From contig CBDFLE010000006.1 of NCBI GenBank assembly GCA_965248925.1, positions 1,472,001 through 1,536,000 of the forward strand: 64,000 nt of DNA. The letters run 5' to 3'. This document shows, in pieces, positions 28,374-41,671 of this stretch; positions within the stretch are counted from its first letter, which is position 1; each line of letters opens with the position of its first letter. The stretch is from Candidatus Multivoradales bacterium. Its GTDB lineage: Bacteria; Acidobacteriota; Thermoanaerobaculia; Multivoradales; J023. Below the pieces are notes generated by a model. That model worked only from the letters and a program-made list of their open reading frames with translations, had not been told where the DNA came from and did not search any database. The position numbers and the translations under genes are program-made.

Positions 28374-30665
28374 ATGAGCAACTTACCGTTCTCCAGTCTG
28401 GCGAAACGCCTGGAGCAGCTCGAATTCCGGCTGCTCGGTGAAGAAGGCTCGACTGCCTTCGCCGAGCTGGGGCCACCCGCGAGCCTCGAACGGCTCTTCG
28501 GCCTCGAGCTGCGCCTGTTACTGCGACGCGGGCCGGGGGCGCGGCCCACCCCGGCAGACTTGGTGGCCACCGCTGCCAGCGCCGCCGCTGAAGGCGCTCT
28601 GCCTTTGGCCGCCACGGGCAGGCTGCGCCAGTTTCTCGATCTCCAGGGAGTTCTGCTGAAGCGGGCCGATGCCTGGCAGGGCCCACTGTGGTGGCAGCCG
28701 CTGCCGGCTCCGACAGCGCTCGAAGAACTCAGTCGGGAGCTTCAAGAAGCGTTACAAATTCCAACCGGCGAGCCGCTCGCCGAGACCCTCTCGGCCAGCG
28801 GGGAGGGCTGGTGGACGACCAACACCCTACTCAGGCCGACCTATGTCAGCCAGCTGGCGACCGAACTTGAAGGCGCTTTCCAAGGTGGCCAGCTGCCCCT
28901 GGAACGGGCTGGGGTCGGCAGCGACGGCCTGACCTCGACGGCTCGCTCTGACCAAGTCGCCTACCTCGATGGCACTGAACCCGAGTTGCTGGCGGTGGCG
29001 CCCCGTGCCGCGGCGCTGATCCAAAGTGTTCTGGTGGAGTTCGCCGAGGTACTGGATATTGGCGGCAGAGGGCAAGTCGCGCTAGCGCCGGAGCGTGCCA
29101 TGCTGGCCCGTTATCCCGCTCCTTCAGGAGGTTTCAGACCCCACCTGGACAATCCCGGAGGGGAACACGACAACGGCCGTAGCAGAACCCTGGTGCTCTA
29201 CCTCAATCCCGCCAACGCCCTCTGCCAGGGCGGCGAGCTGGCCTTGTGGTCGGCCGGCACCGCGACCACCGCAGAACCGGTGGCGGTGCTCAAACCACGG
29301 CCGGGCTGGGCGGCGCTATTTGATTCACGGAAGATCCCCCACCAAGTCCGAGCCCTACGCCCCGGCCCTCCCAGATGGGCCTTGACCCTGTGGTTCAATG
29401 ATCACCTGTCCGGCACAGCGTCCACCCCAGCGCTACCCAAACTCGACCTCACCGATCTGCTGCTGCTGATCAGCTCACCACCACTGCCGGCCGATAGGGT
29501 GCTCTTCCACCAACTCGACGACCGCGATCCACGGGGCCAGCTGACCGTGGTGCGGGCACCAGTATCGGCGGCGGCTCGGCGCTCACGATTCGGGGTGGTC
29601 AGTACGGTCTACCGCTGTGGCGCGGCACTGGCCGACTGGTGCGATCATCACCTGGCCCTCGGCGCGGCCCATCTGCTGCTGATTTTCGATCACCTGGAAC
29701 AACCGGCCGAGGCTGCCTTGGCCACTGCACTGCAAGGCCGTTGGCCGCGCGAACAGCTGCAAGTGTGGTCTGGCGGCGACCTGCTGGCCAGCGGCTGGCC
29801 GGCCCTCGATCCCACCCCGGAGCACCAGCAGCTACGCCGCCTGGCGACCGGTGGCCCCAGCTCCTACGCGGTGGCCGCACGGCAGACCCTCAACGCCTCG
29901 ACGGCATTGGAGGCGGCGCGAGGTGAACAACTCGGCGGCACGCCCCTCGACTGGCTGCTGCACCTTGACGGCGACGAGCTGTTGTATTTGCAAGGCAGAG
30001 GTCGCGGCGGCGCAGACCTGACGCAGCACTTGGCAGCCGCTGAGCAAGCTGGCTGGTCACTCTTGCGCTATCTCAACCATGAGTTGCTGAGCAGCCCCCA
30101 GGGGCCTTCGCCACGATTCAAGATCCACCCCCGAGTGGCAGCGACTATACTCGGCAGCGGCGGCTGGAAACACCTGGAACGACATCTGAAGATGTCCGCC
30201 GACGATCACCGGCCCTATTTCAACAGCTACCGCAATGGCAAAGCGGCGGTACGAGTGACCGCCGCCCGGGCTGCCGCGGGCGTACACAGCTGGTCGCCGC
30301 AGCAGCCGACCCGCAGCGCCAGCCACTGGTTGGCCGGGCCATCGGTGCTGCACTGCTATTGCCCCACAGCAGCCGAGTTCGCCGCCAAATACCGTTCCAA
30401 GGCCAACGCGCCGCCGCTCGCCGAACGCCCTTTCGAGCCTTCGGCAGCTGAAGTCGCGGCATTAGAGACTCTGCACCAGCTCGAAACCAGCGCCGCCAGC
30501 GAATCGCAGGTCGAGGCTGCGCTCACGGCTCTCCACCACCGACTGAGCGAATTCAACGCTAGCGAGCTCGAGCTGCTGGACGAAGCCGGCTTGCTCTTCA
30601 CTTGCGACTCGCCAACCGCCGAACGATTCGCTAGCCGCCTGCTCGATGCCAACGTGGCCGAATAA
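28374..30665 (+). CDS. Fusion of a PHD/EGLN-like 2OG-Fe(II) oxygenase and a GT-A (KOBITO1/GT92-like) glycosyltransferase
   Basis: AMLARYP...RPHLDNP...NGRSRTLVLYLN...IPHQV...RWALTLWF, then WCDHHLALG, RQTLN, DWLLHLDGDELL, YRNGKAAVR, GVH. Confidence 0.8.
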   Translation: MSNLPFSSLAKRLEQLEFRLLGEEGSTAFAELGPPASLERLFGLELRLLLRRGPGARPTPADLVATAASAAAEGALPLAATGRLRQFLDLQGVLLKRADAWQGPLWWQPLPAPTALEELSRELQEALQIPTGEPLAETLSASGEGWWTTNTLLRPTYVSQLATELEGAFQGGQLPLERAGVGSDGLTSTARSDQVAYLDGTEPELLAVAPRAAALIQSVLVEFAEVLDIGGRGQVALAPERAMLARYPAPSGGFRPHLDNPGGEHDNGRSRTLVLYLNPANALCQGGELALWSAGTATTAEPVAVLKPRPGWAALFDSRKIPHQVRALRPGPPRWALTLWFNDHLSGTASTPALPKLDLTDLLLLISSPPLPADRVLFHQLDDRDPRGQLTVVRAPVSAAARRSRFGVVSTVYRCGAALADWCDHHLALGAAHLLLIFDHLEQPAEAALATALQGRWPREQLQVWSGGDLLASGWPALDPTPEHQQLRRLATGGPSSYAVAARQTLNASTALEAARGEQLGGTPLDWLLHLDGDELLYLQGRGRGGADLTQHLAAAEQAGWSLLRYLNHELLSSPQGPSPRFKIHPRVAATILGSGGWKHLERHLKMSADDHRPYFNSYRNGKAAVRVTAARAAAGVHSWSPQQPTRSASHWLAGPSVLHCYCPTAAEFAAKYRSKANAPPLAERPFEPSAAEVAALETLHQLETSAASESQVEAALTALHHRLSEFNASELELLDEAGLLFTCDSPTAERFASRLLDANVAE

Positions 30666-30786
30666 CATCTGATACGCGCCACTTGAACATATAGGGATTT
30701 CAGAATACACTGAGCATTCTTATTTTGACTCTTGTAGACAGACTCCGAGTCTGTTGATCATCCGATTCGCGAGTAGGAGAAGAAGC

Positions 30787-32535
30787 ATGCCGGACGATCC
30801 TTCCGCCACCCCGAGTTCCGGCGCGCGACGCCAGCTGTTGCAGGGAGTAGCAGCCACCGCCGCCGTCATCGCCACGACTGCTTCAAGCGCCGCCGCCAAG
30901 TCCGCTGAAGCACCCACCAGCAACATGCGGCCGAGCAGCGCCCACCGTCGCCGTGCGCGCCTAGCGCGGCCGGAAGCGCCGGGAAAAGGGTTGCCGGCAC
31001 TGCCAAACTTGAGTCTGATTGCACTCAACCGGATGGGTTTTGGTCCACGGCAGGGAGATGTGGCGGCCTTCAATGCGCTGGGAGGAGATCCGGACTCCAG
31101 GCTGACCGCCTACGTCGATCAGCAACTCGAACCCAATTCGATCGCCGATCCGGAAGTCAACATCCGCTTCTCCGCCGCCGGCTTCCAGACCCTGAACAAG
31201 AGTCGCACGCAGCTGTGGGCCGACCACAACGTCAACAACGATCAGGGCAGTAGCTACCGCTCCCTACCCCGCGATGAGGTCGAGGCGGCAACCATCATCC
31301 GCGCCGTCTACAGCCAGCGCCAACTGCTCGAAGTGATCACCGGCTTCTGGCACGACCACTTCAGCGTCGACGCCAACGACTATTGGGTGCGACCGGTATT
31401 CTCCTACTACGACCGCGAGGTGATTCGCGCCAATGCCTTTGGCAACTTCCGGGACATGCTCGAACTGGTCGCCCGCAGCACCTCGATGCTCTACTACCTG
31501 GACAACTACACCAGCAGCAACTCGGGACCGAACGAGAACTACTCGCGGGAGCTCTTCGAGCTCCACACCCTGGGGGCCGAGAACTATCTTGGCGTCATAC
31601 CACAACAGGACGTGCCCACCGATGGCGATGGTTTTCCCTTGGGCTATGTCGATGGCGATATTTTCGAGACCACCCGCTGCCTCACCGGCTGGACGGTGAA
31701 CAACTCTTCCACCTTTGGCAACACTGGCGACTTCCTCTATCGCAACGACTGGCACGACCGCTTCCAGAAGTTCGTTCTCGGCGACTTCCTGCCCCAGGAT
31801 CAACCCGATCTGAAAGACGGTCGCGACGTGCTCGACAAGTTGGCGGCCCATCCCGGCACCGGCCGCTTCATCGCCCGCAAGCTGTGTCGCAAGTTGATCG
31901 CCGACGACCCACCACAGTCGATCATCGACCAGGCAGCGACTCTCTTCACCGCCCAGAAAGACGCCCCCGATCAGCTCAAACAGGTGATTCGCCTCATCCT
32001 GCTGTCGAACGAATTCCGCACCACCTATGGCGAGAAGATCAAGCGACCGTTCGAGATCACGATGAGCGCCCTGCGCGCCGGCGGCGCTGACTTCACCGCC
32101 ACAGTCGGAGATAGCGAAACCAGCTCCTTCCTGAGCAATTACAGCCGCGCCGGCCAGCGGCTGTTCCGGTGGCCGGCTCCGAACGGCTATCCGGATGTGC
32201 GTGAAGCCTGGCAGAGCACCACCCCGCGGGCGATGACCTGGCGGTTGAGCAGCTGGTTGATCGACTGGGACGACGCCAACGGCAACTATTTCCTCGATGT
32301 GGTCGGCCAGACTCCGGCCAATTTCCGCACCGCTACCGAGATCGCCGACTTTTGGATCGGCCGGATCTTCTTCCACTCGATCTCCACCGTCGACCGTCAG
32401 GAATACATCGACTTCATGGCTCAAGGCTTCAACCCCGACATCGATCTACCGATCGATTCAAGCTCGAGCGTTGCCGACCGGCTGCGCTCGATGGTCGGCC
32501 TGATGTTCATGGCCCCCGATTTCCTCTGGCGCTGA
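30787..32535 (+). CDS. DUF1800 family protein with Tat signal
   Basis: RRQLL signal; LNRMGFG, FWHDHF, YLDN, PNENYSRELFELHTLG. Confidence 0.9.
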   Translation: MPDDPSATPSSGARRQLLQGVAATAAVIATTASSAAAKSAEAPTSNMRPSSAHRRRARLARPEAPGKGLPALPNLSLIALNRMGFGPRQGDVAAFNALGGDPDSRLTAYVDQQLEPNSIADPEVNIRFSAAGFQTLNKSRTQLWADHNVNNDQGSSYRSLPRDEVEAATIIRAVYSQRQLLEVITGFWHDHFSVDANDYWVRPVFSYYDREVIRANAFGNFRDMLELVARSTSMLYYLDNYTSSNSGPNENYSRELFELHTLGAENYLGVIPQQDVPTDGDGFPLGYVDGDIFETTRCLTGWTVNNSSTFGNTGDFLYRNDWHDRFQKFVLGDFLPQDQPDLKDGRDVLDKLAAHPGTGRFIARKLCRKLIADDPPQSIIDQAATLFTAQKDAPDQLKQVIRLILLSNEFRTTYGEKIKRPFEITMSALRAGGADFTATVGDSETSSFLSNYSRAGQRLFRWPAPNGYPDVREAWQSTTPRAMTWRLSSWLIDWDDANGNYFLDVVGQTPANFRTATEIADFWIGRIFFHSISTVDRQEYIDFMAQGFNPDIDLPIDSSSSVADRLRSMVGLMFMAPDFLWR

Positions 32536-32578
32536 GTCCGCAGAATCCACGCTAGCCAAAGATTCAGGAGATAGACCA

Positions 32579-33937
32579 ATGTCACAGACTACTCGCCGCG
32601 GATTCATCGTCGGCTGCTCAGCGGCCATCGCCGCCATGTCCGGCTCACGTTTCAACACCCTGGCTTTTGGCAGCCCTGGCGACCAGAATTGCGAGATCCT
32701 GGTCAGCATCTACCTGCGCGGTGGCGCCGACGGGCTGAACATGGTGATGCCCACCGCTGGCGTCGATCGCGGCCACTACGAAGCCGCCCGACCCGACCTG
32801 GCAGTGCCCAACAGCGGCCCGGACGCCGCCTTGCCATTGGGTGGCGGCTTTGGCCTGCACCCTTCGATGGTGGCGATCCACGACCTCTATCAGAGCAACA
32901 GGCTGTCGATCATCCACGCCGTCGGCATGACCTCGGATCCTTCGCGCAGTCATTTCGACGCGCAACAGTTCATGGAGCTGGGCACTCCGGGAATCTCCAG
33001 CACCAGCACCGGTTGGCTGACCCGACATTTGCAGTCGGCGCAAAACCTGCCAGCCGAGATCGTCATGCCCTCGGTGGCGCTGGGCAATCTGCAGCAAACC
33101 TCCCTACGCGGCAGCTTCGAGACCGTCAACATGTCCGACCCCGCATCCTTCAATCTCGACACCGGTCCGTCGACTTGGCGCAGCGCCCAGCGCACCGCGT
33201 TGCGACGGCTCTACCGGCAGGGCAATTCCTATCTGCACGAAACCGGCCTGCAGAGCCTCGACGCGCTCGACATCATCGAACTCAACGTCGACAGCAACTA
33301 CAGTCCGGCCAACGGCGCAGTCTACCCAGGCGGCACCTTTGGCAACCATTTGGAAGCGATCGCGCAGTTGGTCAAACTCGACCTCGGCTTGCGAGTAGCC
33401 ACCATCGACCTCGGCGGCTGGGACACTCACAACGGCCAAGGCAACGGTGCCGGCGGCTATTTCGCTGGCCATGTGGAAGACCTGGCGGAAGGGCTCAAGG
33501 CTCTCTACGTCGACCTCGATGGCTCCGGCGCCAACAACTACACCTCACGCTTGACGGTGGTGGTGATGAGTGAGTTTGGTCGCCGGCTGGCGGAGAACGC
33601 CGACAACGGCTCGGATCACGGCTTCGGCAACCTGATGTGGGTGATGAGCGGCAACGCCACCGGTGGCCTGCACGGCCCCTGGCCGGGCCTGCACAATGAT
33701 CAGCTGTTTGACGGTGCCGATTTGGCGGTGACCACCGACTATCGCCAGGTGCTCTCAGAGATTCTGATCCGGCGCATGGGCAACAACCAGCTCGGTACGG
33801 TTTTTCCCGGCCTGCAAACCTACCAGCCACTGGGCATTGTGCAGGGCCCCGACACGCCGCCGATCTTTGGTGAGGACATCTTTGCCGATGGCTTCGAGAC
33901 CGGCGACACGGTCAATTGGACCGCTGCCGTCGGCTGA
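32579..33937 (+). CDS. DUF1501 family protein with Tat signal
   Basis: TRRGFI; LRGGADGLN, RSHFDAQ, GGWDTH, SEFGR. Confidence 0.9.
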   Translation: MSQTTRRGFIVGCSAAIAAMSGSRFNTLAFGSPGDQNCEILVSIYLRGGADGLNMVMPTAGVDRGHYEAARPDLAVPNSGPDAALPLGGGFGLHPSMVAIHDLYQSNRLSIIHAVGMTSDPSRSHFDAQQFMELGTPGISSTSTGWLTRHLQSAQNLPAEIVMPSVALGNLQQTSLRGSFETVNMSDPASFNLDTGPSTWRSAQRTALRRLYRQGNSYLHETGLQSLDALDIIELNVDSNYSPANGAVYPGGTFGNHLEAIAQLVKLDLGLRVATIDLGGWDTHNGQGNGAGGYFAGHVEDLAEGLKALYVDLDGSGANNYTSRLTVVVMSEFGRRLAENADNGSDHGFGNLMWVMSGNATGGLHGPWPGLHNDQLFDGADLAVTTDYRQVLSEILIRRMGNNQLGTVFPGLQTYQPLGIVQGPDTPPIFGEDIFADGFETGDTVNWTAAVG

Positions 33938-34004
33938 GCCATCAATGGCCGCTAGGACTCGGGGTAAGCCACAGCCCGTTCGGGTCAATAATCAAAGGGC
34001 GCTA

Positions 34005-37202
<3,198 letters not shown>

Positions 37203-37253
37203 TTACAAGTAATGGCTAGGGGCGCTACGCGCCTCTCCCAGCCGCTGGAACGG

Positions 37254-38756
37254 CTAGTGATCGTGGGTTGCACCGGACTTCAAGATGTCGGCCTTGACAA
37301 GGAAACTGTTCTTCGAAACGTACCTCTGGCCCGCGGAAAGACCGGCCAACACTTCCACCCACTCGCCATCCCGCCGACCTAGTTCCAAGGGGCGGGCTTC
37401 GAACAAGTCTCCGTCCTGGATAAATACGACACTCCAATCCCGTAGCTGCTGGATCGACTCGGGCCGAACGGCCACTGGGACGGTGGTCTCCTCCCGGACG
37501 AGTTGGGTCGTGACGAAGACGCCGGGGCGCCACACCCCCTCAGGGTTGGGTATCGAGACGTGGGCGGTGGCGGTCCTGGTTTCCGCCCCGAGGATGGACC
37601 CCAGATAAGACACTGTTCCCGAGGTCTCGATGCCCAGCACGTCCGACTCCACTCGTACCTCCTGACCGACGCGAACCGATTTCAGATCCTGCCCGTACAC
37701 AGTGACCTTGGCGAGGACCGTGCTCAAGTCCGCAATCTTGAAGAGGTCAGCATAGCCTTCCACCACTTCTCCCAGGGCGACATGCTTCTCGATCACGACA
37801 CCCCGGATAGGCGCACGGAGTTGGTACCGTGCCAGATTCGCTTGCTGCCTGTCGGCGAGGCCCTTGATCTCCGCCGCTAGGAGTCCCAAGGACCTCAATT
37901 TCTGTTGGGCGCCATCGGTGCTGATTTCGGCTTCCTCAAGGGTTTGCTGGGCAGTCAGGTACTCCTCCAGCGCGGATATCCTTTTCGCCCAGAGCTGCTC
38001 TTCCCGCTCAAAAGATGCCTGAGCAAACTTCAGCTGGTGCAGAGCCTGGATAAACACCAACTTGGAATCTGCGAGTTCTTGGCTATCGATGACGGCGATG
38101 ACCTCTCCCCGCGCTACCGCGTCGCCCAAGTTCGTTCGCACTTCCGTGACCACTCCACTGAAGCGCGGCACGACGTGCGCCACCCGGTCGGGATTGAGGG
38201 CGATCTCACCGGGAAGCTGGAAGGCGAGCCGCAGGCGGGCGGGCCCCGCCTCTTCGACGACAATCCCAGAGTCACTAACGGCTTCCGGGCTCATCTCGAC
38301 CCGCGCTTCGATCTGGGAGTACCCCATGCGGTAGGTTCTTCCTCTCCATTTCGCTTCGATTTCAACAGCGAAGGAATGCGGCTCTTCGACCACTTTGTCT
38401 CCGAGGAGATATCCACCCTTTGGCTGGAAGGCGATCACATCAACTCGGCCACCCAGCCTTTGGAGATGGATAGTCAGCTGCACCTCTTCCGGAACAATTT
38501 CCTCGCCGGCTTCGTACAGGTAGACTCGGAATTCCGGGGGCACGCCACTCTCGTAGATGGTGACCTCTATCTGGAGGTCCTCTTCTGCGAGGAGCCGACC
38601 CCGGTGGGGGCCTTTAACCGCATCTGCACTGACCTCTGGCGCAGCGGTATTCCGTGGTCCTGTACCGTTCCCCCCGCAAGAAGAGAGAAGCGGCAGAGTC
38701 AACACCGTTAGCCCGAGAAGTACGCGCTTGGCAGCCGTTCCGTTCATTCTGATCAT
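37254..38756 (-). CDS. czcB: CzcB-type periplasmic adaptor with N-terminal extra domain
   Basis: KGPHRGRLL, EPHSF, lipoyl halves, C-terminal GATHDH. Confidence 0.88.
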   Translation of the reverse strand: MIRMNGTAAKRVLLGLTVLTLPLLSSCGGNGTGPRNTAAPEVSADAVKGPHRGRLLAEEDLQIEVTIYESGVPPEFRVYLYEAGEEIVPEEVQLTIHLQRLGGRVDVIAFQPKGGYLLGDKVVEEPHSFAVEIEAKWRGRTYRMGYSQIEARVEMSPEAVSDSGIVVEEAGPARLRLAFQLPGEIALNPDRVAHVVPRFSGVVTEVRTNLGDAVARGEVIAVIDSQELADSKLVFIQALHQLKFAQASFEREEQLWAKRISALEEYLTAQQTLEEAEISTDGAQQKLRSLGLLAAEIKGLADRQQANLARYQLRAPIRGVVIEKHVALGEVVEGYADLFKIADLSTVLAKVTVYGQDLKSVRVGQEVRVESDVLGIETSGTVSYLGSILGAETRTATAHVSIPNPEGVWRPGVFVTTQLVREETTVPVAVRPESIQQLRDWSVVFIQDGDLFEARPLELGRRDGEWVEVLAGLSAGQRYVSKNSFLVKADILKSGATHDH

Positions 38757-40165
38757 GGCAAATCTCCGTCTTGTGTTGGCTCTACAGAATCGAGCCGGAC
38801 GCCGATGAGGCGTTCCACGTCGACCACTGCCTTGTGGTAATCCTCAGCCACCCGCAAGTATTGACGGCGTGCCTCGAAAAGGATTCGTTGGGAATCGAGA
38901 ACGTCCAAGAGGCTGAATCTCCCAAGTCGGTATCCTTCGTTGACGGCCTCGAAGGCATTCTGCGCCCCTGGAAGCACGGTGTTCCGAAGGGCCGTTACTT
39001 CCGAATAGGCCGAGGAGAGCAGCTGGTAGCTCTCGGCCAGAGCGACTCGCAGGCGAAGTTCCGTGGCACGGCGTCTCTCCGCCGCTCGCTCCACTTCAGA
39101 ACGCGCTGCGAGGACTTCACCTTGCTTGCGGTCGAAGAGAGGAAGAGGAATGGAGAACCCAACGAGGAGAGCGTCGGTGTCTCGACCGAAGGTCTCGTAG
39201 CGCCTGACTCCGGCTCCCACCGTCAAATCTGGGACACGGGAAGCCTTCGCTAGGTCGACCTCCGCCTGGCGGAATAACACCTCCCCTGCCGAAAGAGACA
39301 GCAGCGGATTCTCAACGAGAAGCTGCGTCAATCGCTGGAGGGCCGGAAAGGTAAAGAACGTATCGAAATCACCTACGACAAATCTAAACAGCGGCTCCGT
39401 GTTCCCCCAAGCCGCGGAGAGAACCTTGCGGGACGAATCCAGCTGCCGCCGTGTTCGATCGAGCCCTATCCGGGCCGTGGAGAGAGCCACGTTCGCTTTG
39501 ATCTCTTCGACAGGAGATTCCTTTCCAGCCTCTACTCTTGCCAAGACCGCGTCGGCGCTCTTTTCCGCGAGCTGCACTATCTCTTGCGCGAGGACGACGC
39601 GTTGCTGTGCGCCCAACACTTCGATGAACGACCTTGAGACTCGGCGCAGGAGGTCGAGACGCTCGATCTCGTAGGTCCACTCGGCCAGGTCTAACTCAAG
39701 AGCTGCAACCTGCTTTCTTGCCGATCGCTTGCCACCTAGCTCGACCAATTGCCCGAGTTGAATCGTCGTCTGAACGCCGCCGGTGATGTCGTCTCGTCCC
39801 GTCCCCAGGTTTTCCACCAGCGTGCTCAGAGACGGATTGGGGAGGAGTCCCGCTTGGAGGACCCTGGCCTCCTGGGCGCGCACGCCCCAGGCGAACTCCG
39901 CAAGGTCCGGACTCCGGAGAAGCGCCAGAGCTATAGCCTGCACGAGTGTCAGCTCCTCGGTTGGCTCTACCGCTTCTGGAGAGCCCGATTCGCGCTCTTC
40001 CAGAGAAGATCCAAGAGCCGCAGCCGTGCCCGGTGGGTGCGGTGATTCCCACCTTCGCAAGTTTGGTTCCTCCGCCAGAGCAGATGCTGCCGGCGAAGAA
40101 AGTAGCAGTAGGAAAAGCCCTGTCCCGCTTAGGAAGCAGAGTCTCCTGTCACTTCGAAAGATCAT
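38753..40165 (-). CDS. czcC: CzcC/TolC outer-membrane factor
   Basis: QLVELGGKR, SIPLPLFDRKQG, GY..GRFSLLDVLD. Confidence 0.88.
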   Translation of the reverse strand: MIFRSDRRLCFLSGTGLFLLLLSSPAASALAEEPNLRRWESPHPPGTAAALGSSLEERESGSPEAVEPTEELTLVQAIALALLRSPDLAEFAWGVRAQEARVLQAGLLPNPSLSTLVENLGTGRDDITGGVQTTIQLGQLVELGGKRSARKQVAALELDLAEWTYEIERLDLLRRVSRSFIEVLGAQQRVVLAQEIVQLAEKSADAVLARVEAGKESPVEEIKANVALSTARIGLDRTRRQLDSSRKVLSAAWGNTEPLFRFVVGDFDTFFTFPALQRLTQLLVENPLLSLSAGEVLFRQAEVDLAKASRVPDLTVGAGVRRYETFGRDTDALLVGFSIPLPLFDRKQGEVLAARSEVERAAERRRATELRLRVALAESYQLLSSAYSEVTALRNTVLPGAQNAFEAVNEGYRLGRFSLLDVLDSQRILFEARRQYLRVAEDYHKAVVDVERLIGVRLDSVEPTQDGDLP

Positions 40166-40556
40166 GCTTCTACCTCACTCCTTGGTGGATGTTTGGAGGC
40201 GTGAACTCAGGTTCAAGCGTCGCCCATCAAGCCTCGCCGACGGGCTATTCGATGGATGTCGGCCTCTGCGTGCTGCAAGACTTGGGAGTTTAGGGCTAGC
40301 CAGATTCCCGGATTCGAAGCACCTCGAAGGGGGCTTGTCTAGCACTCACGCACTCAAGGCGGCGACGGAGTAGCGATCCTCATCCAAGGCTGTGAGGAAC
40401 TCGGCTACCGATTGCCTTTTTGGGATTCCTGGGCCGCCAAGAGGGCAGCAGAGTTGTCTCCGAAGAAGCGGTTTCAACGAGACGAACGCATACCAGCTCC
40501 CTTCTTTCAGGGTTTGAGAGCCGCGAGTCCAAGGCAGGACTCGTCGCAACCGACTC

Positions 40557-40949
40557 TCAAATCAGAAGCGAACAGTGCGTCGTAAACAGCGGCGGCGGCG
40601 GACCGCGCCGAGCAAGCCACGTTGACGCCCTGGATCTTTCGATCAAGGCAGCGGCGGGAGCTTTCGTGGGAAGGATCGCGTCCAGGGAACTCAAGCTCGG
40701 GCGGGGCGGCAGACTTGGTCCGCGTGCGGTAGCTGGGTGCTCGTGAGTCGGCGCGGTAGCAACATCGTGATGATGACCATGCACCACATCCTGTGCTAGC
40801 TCCGCTATGGAGAGATGGTGCCGCTCATCGCCGAGGGGATGATGATCGAAGGCCACATGAAGGCCAAAAGCTAGTGCGCTTGCCCCAGGGGCGACCCACA
40901 GAATCACGAGGACCAAGGCGACAAGAGGGTGGAGAAGCGAACGGCTCAC
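40557..40949 (-). CDS. His-rich exported leader protein (CzcI/DUF2946-like role) ending RRGPPPPLFTTHCSLLI
   Basis: GTG start, signal peptide, His clusters (HVAFDHH, RHH, HGHHHD, HEH); upstream of czcC. Confidence 0.7.
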   Translation of the reverse strand: MSRSLLHPLVALVLVILWVAPGASALAFGLHVAFDHHPLGDERHHLSIAELAQDVVHGHHHDVATAPTHEHPATARGPSLPPRPSLSSLDAILPTKAPAAALIERSRASTWLARRGPPPPLFTTHCSLLI

Positions 40950-40956
40950 GGACGCG

Positions 40957-40985
40957 ACTATCTCAGGACGGTGGGTCGTAGTCAA
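40957..40985 (-). promoter_or_regulatory. Sigma-70-like promoter of the czc leader gene
   Basis: Minus strand TTGACT-N17-GATAGT, 7 nt before GTG 40949. Confidence 0.5.
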
Positions 40986-41671
40986 GAATGGCGGCCAAAC
41001 GCTCCGGTTTTCAACTCCGGCCGTGTAGCAGTCCTCCACCGGTCGGCAGGACCCGCGTGCGTGCGTGCGTGCCAAACCCTCGCAACGGACGGCGCGGCGC
41101 TAGCCGGGCACTTGGTGCAAGCGCAGTCCGGCAGGTCTGCCTGATGACTGGCGGCTGTTGGTCTTGCCTGGACTGCATGGCCTGCTCCCATCCCAAAAGG
41201 TGATAGAACCCTGCGGCTCGCGATCTAGGTTAGCCAGATCTGACCGGCTCTGTTGCCGAGTGCTACCCCTCCAGTGCCCTTTTACATAGCGACCGGTGTC
41301 TGTTGGTATGCTAAAAGCATCATGGGCAGGACGGGAACAAACACCAGTCAATCAAACACTTTCGTGGTGTGCCCTGGGATGAAATCAGCACTTAGCCTGG
41401 GCCTTGAAGCGCGTTGATTACCGCCCTTTCAGGGTCACGTTTCGACGCGGCCTCTTTTCCTGCCAAACCCCCTGGCCACCCAGCCGTACTAAACTCCGTA
41501 GTAGGGTTCTGGGAATACTCGCGGTGACTCGCTTCCTCCCGTCTGAGCCACCCACTTCCTATTCCTGTTCCGGCGCGGTTCGTGACCGCCGCCGGACGCT
41601 TCCCTCGCCAACTGGCCGATGCCAGCCAGACTGCTCGTTCCAAGTGCCGACCGCAACAAGGAGCCCTCATC

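Noticed and set aside
41123-41190. NiCo (czcD) riboswitch upstream of the czc block
   Set aside because: GAGCAGGC and an inverted repeat are present, but the other conserved junction segments are not, and it lies upstream of the predicted promoter; a cmsearch would settle it.
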